Positions 43,766-57,343 of a stretch of 64,000 nt of DNA are shown one piece after another. Under the pieces are notes generated by a model. That model saw only the letters and a program-made list of their open reading frames with translations. It did no database searches and was not told the origin of the DNA. Source of the DNA: the human T2T-CHM13v2.0 reference genome, Homo sapiens. Each line of letters opens with the position of its first letter. Position 1 is the first letter of the stretch. The stretch lies in NCBI RefSeq assembly GCF_009914755.1, contig NC_060935.1; one strand, written 5' to 3'. The position numbers were made by a program, and so were the translations under genes.

Positions 43766-44638
43766 CTGCCCTTGGGGGCTTCTTCTCTAGGGATAATAGC
43801 TGACACCTAGATAACACCTGTCATGTACCAGGTATTGTTTTAGGTACTTTATAGATATTAGCTGCTTTAATCTCCATAATCACCTAAGAAGGCAGGTACT
43901 GTTCTTAGCCTGGTTTTACATGCCCAGGGAGGTTGAATAGCTTGCCCAGGTCACCTGAGTGGTAGCAGGGCTTACAGTTCCAACTCGTGGTGGGGCTCGA
44001 CATACTCATGCAGGAGAATGGGGCCGAGGAAGGGTGTTGGGGGCACTGGGAGCAGGGCTGGACTTGCCCAGCTAGATCTAGAGGGGTCAGAACCCTACTG
44101 AGAACATCGGCAGAGGTGAGTGCAGAGAGGGAGGCAGTGCGGGGGCTGAAGCCTCATTTTCAGAACCATTTTCCCCGCCATGGTTCTGGCAGAAGGTGGA
44201 CAGGGAACCAGAGGCTTGGAGGAAGGGGCCTGCAGCTACCCAGCAGGGCAGGGCTGGGGTATGGACTTTGTGGTGACAGCAGATTAGTAAGCAAGAGATG
44301 GCCGTGATGCCTTGAAAAGAGGAACTCTTCAGTTTGGGCAGCTTCCTGGGTGTACGAGGAAAAGGAAGTGTCAAAAGTTCAGGCCTGAGGCACCCTTCCA
44401 GGCCCACTAGATGCCAGCATGGCTTAGGGAGGGCTGACAGCGAGGCCTGGGGGCTGGTTGGAAGGAGGCAGGTTTGGAGGTGCTGAGCGGGCAGAAGACA
44501 CAATCGGATTCATTCATTCACCAGCAAATGTTTCCTGAGGAAGACACAGGAAGTCTTGTGTTTACACATTCACCTTCCTTGATCTGGCACAGACAAATCA
44601 GCGCTCGCTGAGACAGCATCTGCCCCAACCCCACCTAC

Positions 44639-44717
44639 CTTTTTCCTGCTCAGCTGCTTCACTAAGGTCTGGAAGCTTGAGCCCCACTAAGTTCTGATTT
44701 CTCATCAGGATGTGCTC
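44639..44717 (-). CDS. IRAG1: IRAG1 exon ~10 ([26 protein letters not shown])
   Basis: ccacaaag|GAG...G|gtaggt; 79 bp, phase 0-1. Confidence 0.94.
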
Positions 44718-46826
44718 CTTTGTGGTAAAAGAAAGAGATAACAATTTCAGATGATGACACTGGGCTGGGCTGTTCTCTTGGCTCTGTCTATGGTTCTGCG
44801 ACCACTATCTTAGGTGGGAAAGCGGGGCAGCCTGAGAGGTGGGTGGGCAGGCATGGCATGGTGAGGCCTGAGAAGCACCAGGGAATAGTTCCTCTCCCAG
44901 TCCGTGAAGGTGCCTGAAACGCCACTGTCAGCACCACTTTCCATGGGTCAGGGACTACCCTTGGCATGGTCTTTTTAAACAAGTCTGTGGGCTTCAGGGT
45001 AAATGAACTGCTTGGCCTCACTGTGGCTGAGGTTTGCAAAGGACACACAGGGGCAGAACTAAGGGCTCTGGGACAGGAGGGTCCCCTGGGTGTGTATGGC
45101 GCTGCTCCTGGAAACAGCTTTGGCGATCTCATGGCTGGCTGGATCTTCCTGCCCTGTCATTCCGGGCAGTGACTGCTCACTTCCAGGAGCTGCGATTGCC
45201 CCACACACTCAGGTCATCAATGGCCTTTTATGGCACCTCTTGAGTTTTTAAACTCTCCAGAAAAGTGAGGCCTGAGAATTGCTGGCTTAGGGCCTCAGCT
45301 GGCAGAGCCCGGGGAGAGATGGGATGTGGCCCAAGTGGGCTCACACCTGCTCTAAGCCAATTAGCACCAGACCAAGGACCTGAGTGGAGGCACCTGGCAG
45401 AGCTCCTTGCCCCTGTGACTTATGGATCTTCAGTCTGCTGTGTGGCAGAGGGCACTTGGGAATGGTTTGTCCCCCGAGAAGGGAGGAAAGGAAGGGGCCA
45501 GCAGAGGGTGCTCATGATCCAAGTGGAAGTCATGGTCAAGGACCCTTTACCCATTTGGTTAGCAAGCCAGAGGCCCACAGCCCATCAGCTTCAGCACACT
45601 GGAGTCGGGTAGGGGCTGGGCACTCAGGTGCCAGGGTAGTGGTTAGTGACATGGGGCCTCCAGGTTCCCTGTAACTTCTCTGGGTGGGCGAAATCTGCAG
45701 GAGTGTAGGGAGTGAGGAGGCTCTGATAACCAGAGGCCCATGAAGGCAAATCCCTGGCTATCGGCCCCTTGGCTCCAACTTCCGCTAGAGATCCGGGACT
45801 GTGGCAACTCCTCTGGGCCCTGTGCTGTTTGATCCGCTAGTTAGTTGGGTCTTTCTGACTAGGAGGAGTTTTGTGTGTAAAATGTTAACATCAGCAGCCA
45901 CGCCCCAGCTCCCCTGTGCCTCCAGTTCAGAGCATCATGAAGGTATCTGAATAGGATAGTGGCCAGCATTGGAATGTGTCCCTGCCAGCACACAAATCCC
46001 CTCAATTGTGCTTGAGTGCTATCGGGCACCTTCTTTTCTTCCCTGCCCCACATTTCCCTCTGTAGAGGAGCCAGGAGAAGCCTCCTGCTCTGAGGGTGCT
46101 GGGCCTCACTCTGTGGAATCCAGGTGCCTTGGTTTATATTCCAAGTGGGCCTTCTGGAGGAGACAGGACTGGTCAGAATTGCTTTGTCCTGTTATCTGGT
46201 CTCTATCTCTGGATGCCCCCAATCATACCCTGCATAGGGTGGCAACCCCACAGGAGACCGCTGTGCCTGGTTTGATGGCCAACAGAAGCTGAGGGGACAC
46301 CATGGGCACTGGAAGAAACTCACCATGGGCGGAGCAGCCTTCACACTTGCAGATGGACTTAAAGCTTTTGTTAACAGGCATCAGGAAGGAAGGCTTGGGG
46401 GCATCACAAAGGAAATCACTATTTCACCCTTGCTAGCTAATCCTAGGCATGACTGGGCACTCCATCAAGGGATTCCTGTTTATGAGCCACTGACTCCGGT
46501 TGGAGGAGGAAAGCAGCCCAGGACTGAGGGGCCCACATGTCCCTCCACACGTCTGCCTTCCCCTGAGATGTGGCTTTGTGTGGCAACTAGATTTTAGACT
46601 GAGCTCTGCCTGGTAACTGGCATAAAAAAGCACCTAAAACTGGTATTTAGGAAAGAGATGCCACATAAATAGGCCTGACTTCTCAGAGTGGGAAAATTTA
46701 CGCCCTCACAAGGCCCAAGTCCAGGCCAGAGCTGCCCTGGCCAGGGGCCCAGACTCAGCCCTGAGGTCTTCAGCCCAGGGAGTACCTGGAGTACACACTC
46801 TGCCCAACTGGCCCCCAGGAACCCAC

Positions 46827-47444
46827 CTCTCGGAGCTTGGTCAGTTTCTGCATCCGCACGGGCTGCACTTGTATCTGAAAGTCTTTGAGACCAGGGGCCT
46901 TGGCCAGCTTGCCGCCGGCCTTGCCTGCAAAACGCTTTTCTTCCTCTGCCAGTGGCAGCTTGGCAAGCACTTTCTGCAGCCGGGGGCCAGGTTCTTCAGG
47001 GCCACTGTCCCAGGAAAGCCCTCGCAGCAGCGGGGGCCGGGACACAGTGGGTGGAAGCTCAGCTTTGGAGCCAGCCTCGGGCCCCATCGGCTCTCCAGCT
47101 GGGCCTCTCCCCTGGGAGGCTGGGGGACCCACTCCTGCCGCATCCTGGGTTGGACTTCTCGGCAGAGGGCTGCCCTCCCAGCCCGTTTTCAAGAGCTGCT
47201 TCCCCAGCTCGCTCTCCACGGGGCCAGGCTGAGGGCTGTTCAGGGCCATTTTCCCACTGCTGTTTGTAACAGGAGCTAGGCCTTTGGGTGTGGTCTCGGG
47301 GTACTGGAGGGGATCGAAGTTTTCCTTTTGTTCTATTGCAATCTCTTTGGACTTCTCAACTGGAGGAGGACGAGGAGCCAGCCTGCCCTGAGACACTTTC
47401 CTCTGGTCATTCTGCTTCCTGTCAGCTAGCCCTTTGGGGACGTT
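46827..47444 (-). CDS. IRAG1: IRAG1 exon ~9, large Pro/Gly-rich exon ([10 protein letters not shown]...KLTKLRE)
   Basis: tttcag|AAC...GAG|gtgggt; 618 bp = 206 codons; lies within ORF 46770..47675. Confidence 0.97.
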
Positions 47445-48576
47445 CTGAAAAAGACAAGGTAGAGCTGGAACCCTCGGGGGCAGGTTGAGGGGAAACAGGT
47501 GAGGCCACTTCTGCTGTGGAGTCTCTGCCCCCACACACCTTGCCAAGGGGCCCATTTGTATAAGTGTGTATGGGGTATGAGTGGACGATGTGGAAGGAGA
47601 GGGCTTCTGCCCGAGGTTTGTCAAACAGACAGGAAAATGGAACCTGCAATCCAAAACCAGCCAAGAATTTCCCAAGGGATAGGAGCTGAGGAAAACTGAA
47701 TAGAAGGCAGCTTTGGCCCTAACTCAGTTGCCCCAGATCTAGCCTTGGTGCTGCTTAGCAAGGCCCTTAACTCTTAGGGACCCAGGTTTGTGAACCCTCT
47801 GAAATTATGTATGTGTATGTCTGTGTGTGGAGGGGTGTTTTTCTAGGAAAAACATCCACAGCTTTCAACAATTTCTCAGAGTTCCATGATCCAAAGAGGT
47901 TAGGGATCATTGGATGGGGTGATTCTTGCAAAGGTGATGTCTTCCTGCTCAGAAGCTCTAAGATTCTGCAGTGTTAGTTTACTTTGTTCATTCCCCAAGG
48001 GAAACCTGGGCCGTGAGCAGCACGTGGGTCTGGGGGTCTGTGTGGCTGCCTCGTGTGTGCTGAGACTCTTCCAGAGGACTGTATCCCAGACCCAGTTCCA
48101 GGTGACACTAAATTCTACTGCTGCCCTTGAAACACTGAGCACGTGGGCCCCTCGATGTGAGCAGGGTGGGGCGCTTCTGTTGCTCATCAACAAAGATGAG
48201 GTTTTCCCGGCTTCCCCAGACAGAATCCCAGGCAGGGGCTGGCGCTTTCCTGCCCTTTTCACTGGAGCTGACAGGAGCCACAGTCTCACCTGGCCTGGAG
48301 GTCCCCCTTGTCTCCAACCAGCAGCCTGACTGGGGGTCAGCGCTGTGAGTATTGCCTCCACGGAGTTCACCCCCCTGAATCCTGCCTCCCCACCCCTCCA
48401 CCTTAGACTTCTAGTCACTATAAGGCAGGGGAATCTGCTGTTTCCCCAGCCCTGACCCTCCACTCATACGTGTGAATGCACACACACTTGAAGGCTGCCC
48501 AGGAGCCAGCCTAGGCTTCTAGGAGACTGTGCCCCCCACACTCAAATCATCCAAAGGGAGCAAAGCTCAAACTCAC

Positions 48577-48624
48577 AGGCTCGCCAGGGTGAGGTGAAGA
48601 GACGTCGGCCTCATCCCCCTTCTG
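48577..48624 (-). CDS. IRAG1: IRAG1 exon ~8 (QKGDEADVSSPHPGEP)
   Basis: ctccag|CAG AAG...CCT|gtgagt; 48 bp, phase 0-0; tandem acceptor. Confidence 0.93.
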
Positions 48625-48833
48625 CTGGAGAAGGTGAACAGGAGTCAGTCAGCAATGGGAAGAGACCGTGTTTCCTCTTGAAATATCCCCAAGGAGGCCC
48701 CCTAGCAGTGGTGTTCATGCCCTCCACCCAGCACCCTCATCTCCAGTGGGTCACGAAGGGCCTCCTGGTGTTCGGGGTAAGGGGAGAGACCCATTGGCAT
48801 AGAAACAGCACAGCAGGTGGGGGGTCCTGTCAC

Positions 48834-48886
48834 CTGTGGTGGTGCTCCAGGCAGAGGGGATGGCGGGCCACTGCACACATCCAAAC
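48834..48886 (-). CDS. IRAG1: IRAG1 exon ~7 ([18 protein letters not shown])
   Basis: cttccag|GT...CAG|gtgaca; 53 bp, phase 1-0. Confidence 0.94.
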
Positions 48887-49611
48887 CTGGAAGGGTCCAG
48901 ACACTAGTGAGTGAGGCCCAGCAGCCCAGGCCCTCAGCTGTGCTTTCAGCCACATCTCCCTCCCCGGGCTATCCTCCCTTTGCAATCTCAGGCCTGGAAG
49001 ATTTGCTGACTACCTCCCGTGTGCCAGGTTCTCAGGTGGGCCCTCACAGAATGTTCACAGAGACCACAGGAGGAAACTGAGGCACAGGGAAATCAAAGTC
49101 TCATGGCCAGGAAATGTCAGCACTGAGATTTGGGCCCAGGCTGCCTGGCCCCGACCTGAGCGTGCCCTGCCGCACTGATGAGGGCCGGTTGCCCTTCCTG
49201 GCACCCTCCCCCTTTCCTTGTTGGCTGGAGGGTGTGACTCTGGGTACAGCCTAATGAAAGGGAAGAAGTCAGACCCCAAAGAGGCCTTTCTGTATAAGCT
49301 CTTGAGGGCTTCTCTGAGCCTCCCTGAGCCAGAGAGGCTGTCCTAGTCCCCTTTCCCACCCAGCCTTCCTGACCCTGGGGTACACCTGCCTCCCGACACA
49401 AGCCCAAGATGCTAACAGAAAGTCTATCTGCCTCCTCTGGGTGGCCCGGCAAATGCCCCCCCTGGAGAGGGGTCTTGCTCTGGGTGTGAAGGGGCCATCA
49501 GAGTTCTTGAAGGGGAAGCCTGCAGGCTGGGAGGCATGCTGATCTGTCCAGGCTGAGCTGCCACCCAGAGCGAGAGGCAGGGCAGGAAGTCCCCGGGCAG
49601 CTGGGCCTCAC

Positions 49612-49689
49612 CTGGCGGGGTGGGGACTGTAAGTGAGTTGCTTCGAGAGGATGTAGGAGAAGCGCTGGGGCTGAGGTTCGGGGAAACAG
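49612..49689 (-). CDS. IRAG1: IRAG1 exon ~6 ([26 protein letters not shown])
   Basis: ttcacag|CT...G|gtgagg; 78 bp, phase 1-1. Confidence 0.95.
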
Positions 49690-50398
49690 CTGTGAAGACA
49701 GACACAAATTGGCTGGCATTCATGAAGGTTTAGGACTTCAACCTGGCAAAGGCATCCTTTTAGGTATTCCCAGGCCCTGGGAACTGGGTCTGCCTTGCTG
49801 GGCTCAGGGGCTGATGCTGGACTGCAATATGATGCTCCTGTTACAGCCCAACCCCTCCCTGCTGCTGCTCAAGAGATGGGTGCCCTCAGGCCATTTGGGG
49901 GTTCGAGGATAGAGTCACACTTCTCAGCCTGCCTGGCCTGACCTCAAGGCACTGTCCAGAAACTGAGGCCTGGCGTTGGTTGGCAGGTACAGCTCCAGAG
50001 GCTGCTCCTTCTCGACTTCCCAGGGTGGCCCTGACTTCAAAAGCTCCCCTTGTCCTCCTAAGTACACTTACACACTTGCCCAACTTTTTGCTCAGGAAGA
50101 AAAGTGACTCTAGCATAGAGGAAGCAGGAGGATTTCTGGGCCCAGGAAAACCTTCCCTCTAACCCAGAAATTCCCCAAAGACCATCTCCTCTTCCCCAGA
50201 GGGCCTAGGATCCTTCCCAGCACCCACAGAGATCAAGGGAAGGGAGCCCAGGACAGAATCCTGACCTCTGCTGAGGAGAGCAGGTGAGTCCAAGGCGACC
50301 TCCTCGGAGGTGAGGCGCCCACTGCAGCTGGTGCCAGGCCCTTCCCTCCCGACCCTAGAGGGGCTCAGGGCAGCCACCTGTACATCCTGCCACCCTAC

Positions 50399-50572
50399 CT
50401 GATGGGGAGTCTCCGGGGCTGCTCCTGGACTTCCTCCCACGGCGGGTCAGGAATCGCTCACTCACCAACTTGGCTTCTTCCAGCAGCGCCAGGTTTTTCT
50501 TCTTGTCCTCCTCTGAGATGCTGATGTCTGGCAGCTGGTCATTCACCAGGTCAATGATGTGCCCCGCGGGGT
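50399..50572 (-). CDS. IRAG1: IRAG1 exon ~5 ([12 protein letters not shown]...[15 protein letters not shown]), includes the basic PKG-I-beta docking region
   Basis: ttctgcag|AC...G|gtaggg; 174 bp, phase 1-1; lies within ORF 50355..50606. Confidence 0.96.
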
Positions 50573-51227
50573 CTGCAGAAGGAGGATGAGCTGGGGTGAG
50601 AGCCACTGCATCCGTGGCCCCAGGCTGAGGTCATGCCATACCATGCCTCATCCCAGGGACTCTGCCCACAGCTGACCCAGCCAGCCAAACCTCAGCCCAG
50701 TGCCATCAAGAGGGTTGCATGGGGACAGACAGTGGCTTCCTCTGCAGGCCTGGCCCCTATGGCTTATGGCCTGTGGTCCTCCGTCACAAATGGTCCTGGA
50801 GCCATCTCAGGTTCCCAGAATTTTCCTAAACTCTGTCAGGAAGGGAAGGCCACCCAGGAGCCTTACCTCCGGCACCATCTGCGCCCCCAGTGCATTCTTG
50901 CTTCTGGCCTGTTTCTTTCACAAGCTAATGCGCTTAAGGTTTGTGAATAAAAGAAGGAGACCAAAGATCATTGGCCACGGCCACAACCCCGTGGCCACCT
51001 TCCCTCCAGTCACATTGTTCACCCCATTTTTCTCCAAAACTGCCCCTCTGGATGAGGTGGGTGAACGGCACCACCTCTCACCTGGCTGCTCAGGATCACA
51101 GGAGTCACTCCCCACTTCTCCCTCTTCCTCCCTCCCCCAACATCCAATCAGTTGATCAAGTCCTCCCTGCATTTACCTATAAACATCTCTGGAGCCTGTT
51201 CCTCATCTCCATTCTTGCTCATTAGCT

Positions 51228-51351
51228 CTTTTTTTTTTTTTCTTTTTTTGAGACAGAGTCTCACTCTGTGGCCCAGGCTGGAGTGCAGTGGCACAATCTC
51301 GGCTCACTGCAACCTCTGCCTCCTGGGTTCAAGTGATTCTCCTGCCTCAGC
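51228..51351 (-). mobile_element. 5'-truncated Alu (right arm only)
   Basis: Poly-T plus about 105 bp of right arm; ttagctcttt on both flanks. Confidence 0.85.
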
Positions 51352-52850
51352 GTCGCTCGTACTTGTTAGCTCTTTCCTGGACAATTATGTCTTCTACCTA
51401 AGAGGTCCCTGCCCTCAGGCGAGCTCCTCCATCCCATCCCCCACTGCCTATCAGAGTGGCTATCAGAGCCACATCTGGCCATGCCATTCTCCACCTCATC
51501 TCATGGGGATTTCTCATGCTCCTCAGTGTGGTATCCAAACCCTAAACTGGGCTCAGCCAGTCTTGCTGGCCCCCACATACTCCTCCCAAGTCCCTCCACT
51601 TCAGCTGTGTCTGCAGTGAACAGCTCCCATTTCACCTCCATCGGGTTCCATTCGTCTTTGGGCAGCAGATCCTTGGTTTTCACTTGGTAAAAACCTCTCT
51701 GATTCCCCATTAGCTAACCCCCCTCCCCTGTGCCAAGAGTGGGAATGTGGACTAGTCTTGGCCAATCAATGAACAGAATCCCCTTGGCCACAGGGATTGG
51801 CTCGGGGATGGCCATGTGAAGCCATTGAGGGGCAATCCTGGTGTGGAGTATATGGGGAAGAAGAACTCTCCACTGATGGGGCGTAAGCTTGGAGTTGCTG
51901 GTAGCTATTGGCTACCATGTGTTGAAGAGTCTGCCAAGAAGAAAGCTAACACACAAGAAAAAAGGTTCAAGAGATGGAATGGGACAATTGCTAATAACCC
52001 ACTTTGAGCACCTGGATCCAGCACTACCTGAAATCACAAGCCCTGGCTTTTGTAAATTTTTTTTTGGTGTGAGGTAGTTTGAGTTGGGTTTCTATCATTT
52101 GAAAAAGTCCCAATTGGTACACATGGCAGAGTTTCAGTTGCCAGCAACATGCTCCAGGGAGGTTCCTGCTCTTTCAGTGTGTTTCCTATTCCCCCTGGAA
52201 TGCCTTTCCTCCCTCGCCTATCTGTCCAGCTCTCTAAGGCACAACTCAAATGCCACCTCCTCTGGAATACCTTCCTAAAACTTCCTCTCCTCAGAGAGAC
52301 TCGGTCCCCTTCTTGCCTTGGCTGGCCTAGCTCTTCTGTGCAGTCTCTTATCATACAGTGTCCCAATTATCTGTTCATTTCTCAGTCTCTTCATAGTCTA
52401 TGAGCAGCATGAAGGCAGGGACCAACTCTATATGAGATCTATGTTCCAACAGCCCAGGGCAGATCGTGAGCCACCATCTGGGGATGAGCAGATGACCAGG
52501 GCAGCCGGCCTTACACTCAGGCACCTACTCCAACCTGGATGTGGGCCTCTTTAGCAGAGGCTGGAGGACTCTGCCCCCTAAACCCCAGAAATGAGTTTCA
52601 CTCAGCTGTTCTTTCTTTCTTTGACTTCTGCATCTTCCTCTTCATGCCCTGGTCTTGTCTTTTGAGCAATGAAAACTGAATTAAATATGCTTCTCCTAGA
52701 CCCAGACACGGAGGGGCTGATCTACCCTGTCCTGTTGGGCTTATCGGGAGGGAGCGCCTTAAAGAGCAGGAGAGAGGAAGGAGTCAAGCCCAGCCACGCT
52801 GCCAGACCTGTCTTTCTACTCAACATGCCTTAGATTGCCCTGGTCCTTAC

Positions 52851-52921
52851 CCACAGATGTCAGGGAGGCAGTGGACACCTTCAAGTGTCGGTGAGAAAGC
52901 CTCTTGTGGGGACTGTGAACT
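52851..52921 (-). CDS. IRAG1: IRAG1 exon ~4 ([23 protein letters not shown])
   Basis: ctttcag|A...G|gtaagg; 71 bp, phase 2-1. Confidence 0.95.
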
Positions 52922-53001
52922 CTGAAAGACAGAACAGTCATCTTGTTCAGAAAATCAATCCACAACTTGAAAATAGGTGAAAAGATGCCTGTATATTCTT
53001 T

Positions 53002-53555
<554 letters not shown>

Positions 53556-53900
53556 TAAGAGGATGTGACTTTGACTTACTATTTCCTACTCATTAGGTCC
53601 CAGACTCTGAGCTAACATCTAACTTGTAGAAGCCTCATAAAATGTAAATCATTGTTGTCTGACAAAGACGCAGATGATTTCTGTTTGGGAAAAAAGACAA
53701 AAATATGGTTTCATTGCCCTGTAGAACATTCACCTATTTTATATCTAACTTAGCAGTTTTATTCCAGCACTTTCCTCCCCACTGATGATATATGTATATC
53801 CATTGCTTGTATCCTCCTTTGAACCGGCTTTGTTATCCAGATGCTTCTTGTATTAATGAGGTAAGTAAATCTTTGACATATGCTCAGTATATTTATATGA

Positions 53901-54232
<332 letters not shown>

Positions 54233-54825
54233 GAGAATTATCTTTTTAACTTTTTGAAAATTAGACAGTCTCATTTCAGCGAGCCCAGTTCGTGGGCTAG
54301 TGCTCTGTGAAACCAAGGCGGAGACATTCCTCTACCTGTGAGCCCATGTCCCTGCCAAGAGATCATATTTCACACGTTTTGGCCAGGGGCAGGATTCTAC
54401 ATTCAAACACCTGCACCTTTCATGTTTGGCTGCAAATAGCTGGACAGTTATTATGGGAAACTCTCCTGCGGTGATTTATGCTTTTCTTAAAGGCTAGCCC
54501 TTTCCATGGGGGAACAAGTCCTTCTGGGGCCCCTGGGCATTAAATGTTTTAACCTCCACTAGCCCTGCTGGGGGAGGAGGCTGCAAATGGGCTGGAGCCG
54601 TCGCAGAGCCAAAAGGACCACATCCAGGAGAGGAAAAATCATTTTAGGAGGAAGATAATGGAAAAATTCCTATTTCTATCTTGTATTTTGAAAAACTGCT
54701 TGATTATAGTTTAGTCAATAAAATGATACAAGAAAAAAGAAAAGATTTATTTAAAAATATAGCTGTCTGATCCTCATGTTCTAGGAAATATTGTTTGTCA
54801 CAATGCAAGGATCAGGCACCTGTAC

Positions 54826-54929
54826 CTGTTGGCCAGGTTTTTGTCGGTTTCTCCTTCTGGTGAAGTGGCATCCCCAGTCAGGACAATCGTGGGAGTTGGA
54901 CTGCAAGATACTCCTGCGGTAGGAGGACC
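54826..54929 (-). CDS. IRAG1: IRAG1 exon ~3 ([35 protein letters not shown])
   Basis: acceptor ccggcag|GGT, donor AG|gtacag; 104 bp, phase 0-2. Confidence 0.93.
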
Positions 54930-55064
54930 CTGCCGGTTTAGAACAAAAACACAGAGTTAGGCTTGGGCTGGTGGGACTTCCAGGGACAGGAGCCAGAGCA
55001 TTTATTCTCACATCATGATGCTCAGAGCCATCTTGATAAGGGGACAAATGCAGTTTACTCTTTA

Positions 55065-55610
55065 TTCCCCCAGCTTTATTGAGGTATAGTTGACAAATAA
55101 ACATTGTATATATTCAAGGCACACAATGCGATGTTTTCATTACCTTGATACAATGTTTTGATACAATGTGACATATTCACGGCATACAGTGTGATGTTTT
55201 GATGTGAAATGATTACCACAGTCAGGCTAACTAATATATCCACCAACTCACATAGTTACCTTTTTGTGTGGTGGACAATACTTAGCAAATTCCAAGTATA
55301 CAATACATTATTAACTACAGTCACCGTGCTGTACGTTAGATCCCCAGAACGTATTCACCTCATAACCAAAATAGTAAGTTGAATTCTTTGACCAACATCT
55401 CCCCATTTCTCCCACCCCCAGTCACTGGCAACCACCATTCTACTCTCTGTTTCTGCAAGTTTGACCTTTTAAGATTCTACATATAAGTGAGATCATGCAG
55501 TATTGTCTTTCTGTGCCTGGCTTATTTCACTTAGCATAGTGTCCTGCAGGCTCACCCACATTGTTGCAAAAGGTGAGATTTCCTTCTTTTTTTAAGGATG
55601 AATAATATTC

Positions 55611-55657
<47 letters not shown>

Positions 55658-55770
55658 CAGACACAATATTTTATTGTGTATATATTTTTCACATTTTTTA
55701 ATTCATCCATTGACAGACATTTAGATTGTTTCCATACCTTGTCTATTGTGAATAGTGCACACATATAGGT
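55065..55770 (-). mobile_element. L1MA-like 3' end containing (GT)n at 55612-55653
   Basis: cagctttattgaggtatagttgacaaataa start; L1 3'UTR motifs. Confidence 0.8.
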
Positions 55771-57061
55771 TATTTGGATTACTCAGAAAACAAAAAAGGC
55801 AGTTTCTCCTTTATTCCCCAGCAGGCCCTCACCTGAGCTTAACACGGTCCACTATTCATGCACTAAGATTAGGGACACTACAAGCTATCCCTGGTTAGTT
55901 CTCACTAGCAATGCAGGAAAAGAATGGTACAGAGTCCTCAGATTGAGGCCAGCCTGGCTGGGGAAGAATGATGGCCTGGGGAAAAGGTAGTGGCACCCAC
56001 ACACCCCTGAGGTTCCACGACAGTCCTACCTTTGGGTAACTTTGACATTTCAGTGATCGTAATTTGTTAGAAGACTCTCCTGGGGTTTTCTCTTAGGTCC
56101 TTCCATCAACTTAAGAGGGTGCCTGTCATTTTCCTTCTCCTCCTTCCCACCCCCTTGACTGGCATGTGCTGCCACTGCTCCCTCTGTGAGCACCTGACTG
56201 CCTTTGCCAAAGGCCTGCCTCCTAGCGTCCCAGAGCATGTTGCTGCCACCTCCACTATTGGTGCTGCCTCCCGCAGCTTCAAAGCAGTGGGTGCCCACTG
56301 TCTCTATTGCCACTTTCCCTGGTGGGCCAAATCCTTCTAGAGCCCCTGCATATGAAATGTTTTCACCTCCACTAGCCCCACTGGCGGTGGGAGCTGCCAA
56401 TGGGCTGGAGCCTCTGGCAGAGCCAGGCTGTGTTCTTGAGCCTTCAGTGTGCAGGTGTTGGTTCCCTGCAAGGTAGGGAGGAGGCCTGCTCTCCTTTTGA
56501 CATTATGCCTTGTTGTGAAATGGGTCTCATACAGTGCTATCTGGACTTCTTACGTCCCACAATTTTTAGTGAACCCAGCTTTTCCCATTTTCATTTTCAT
56601 CTCTTCCCTTCTTTGGCCCCAAGCATAAGGCCACATGAGCTGGAGAAGTCTCTGGGTGAGAGTCCAGCTGGGGAGCACCATGCTGCTTCTCTTGTGGAAA
56701 GGATGCTTTTATGTGGAAACCCAGAGCCAGATCCTTGAGGAGATGTTCATTGGGCTCTGTGTTCTTATCCGGGAGCGATTCAGTGCAGAAAGCTACAGTG
56801 GCTGAAGGAAGAGGAGGCACTCAGAATCTCCCGGGACATGGAAGGGAAGCTTGGGCAGGGACGTGGGCTGTGTAGAAGCAGAAGGAAGCAGCATTGCCTA
56901 TTGGAAGGGTCAGACAAACCTGGGCTCAAATTTCAACTACTAGCTATGTGTCGTGGACAAGTTATTTAACCTCTCTATGATCCATGATTATAAAGTCTAA
57001 CTCACAAGGTTAGTGTGAAGATTAAAAATAACATTGATAAGGTACCTATGCATGATTGATA

Positions 57062-57343
57062 TTTTTATTTATTTAATTTATTTAGTTTCTTCAGTGCAGT
57101 GGCACAATCATAGCTCGTTGTAGCCTCTGCCTCCTGGGCTCAAGTGATTGTCCTGGTTCAGCCTCCTGAGTAGTTGGGACTACAGGTGTGCACCACCACG
57201 CCTGGCTGACTTAAAAATTTTTTTTTTAGAGACAGGGTCTTACTATGTTGGCCAGGCTGGTCTTGAACTTCCAGAATCAAGCGATCTTCCCACGTCTGCC
57301 TCTGAAGGTGCTGGGATTAAAGGTGTGAGCCACGATGCCAGGC
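57062..57343 (-). mobile_element. AluJ
   Basis: TSD catgattgatatt. Confidence 0.85.

Noticed and set aside
43159-43803. 214-aa ORF with HTHTHT repeat
   Set aside because: Chance read-through of an antisense AluJ and a (CA)n tract
46770-47675. 301-aa ORF as a stand-alone gene
   Set aside because: It is IRAG1 exon ~9 plus in-frame intronic flanks; clear splice sites lie at 47444 and 46827
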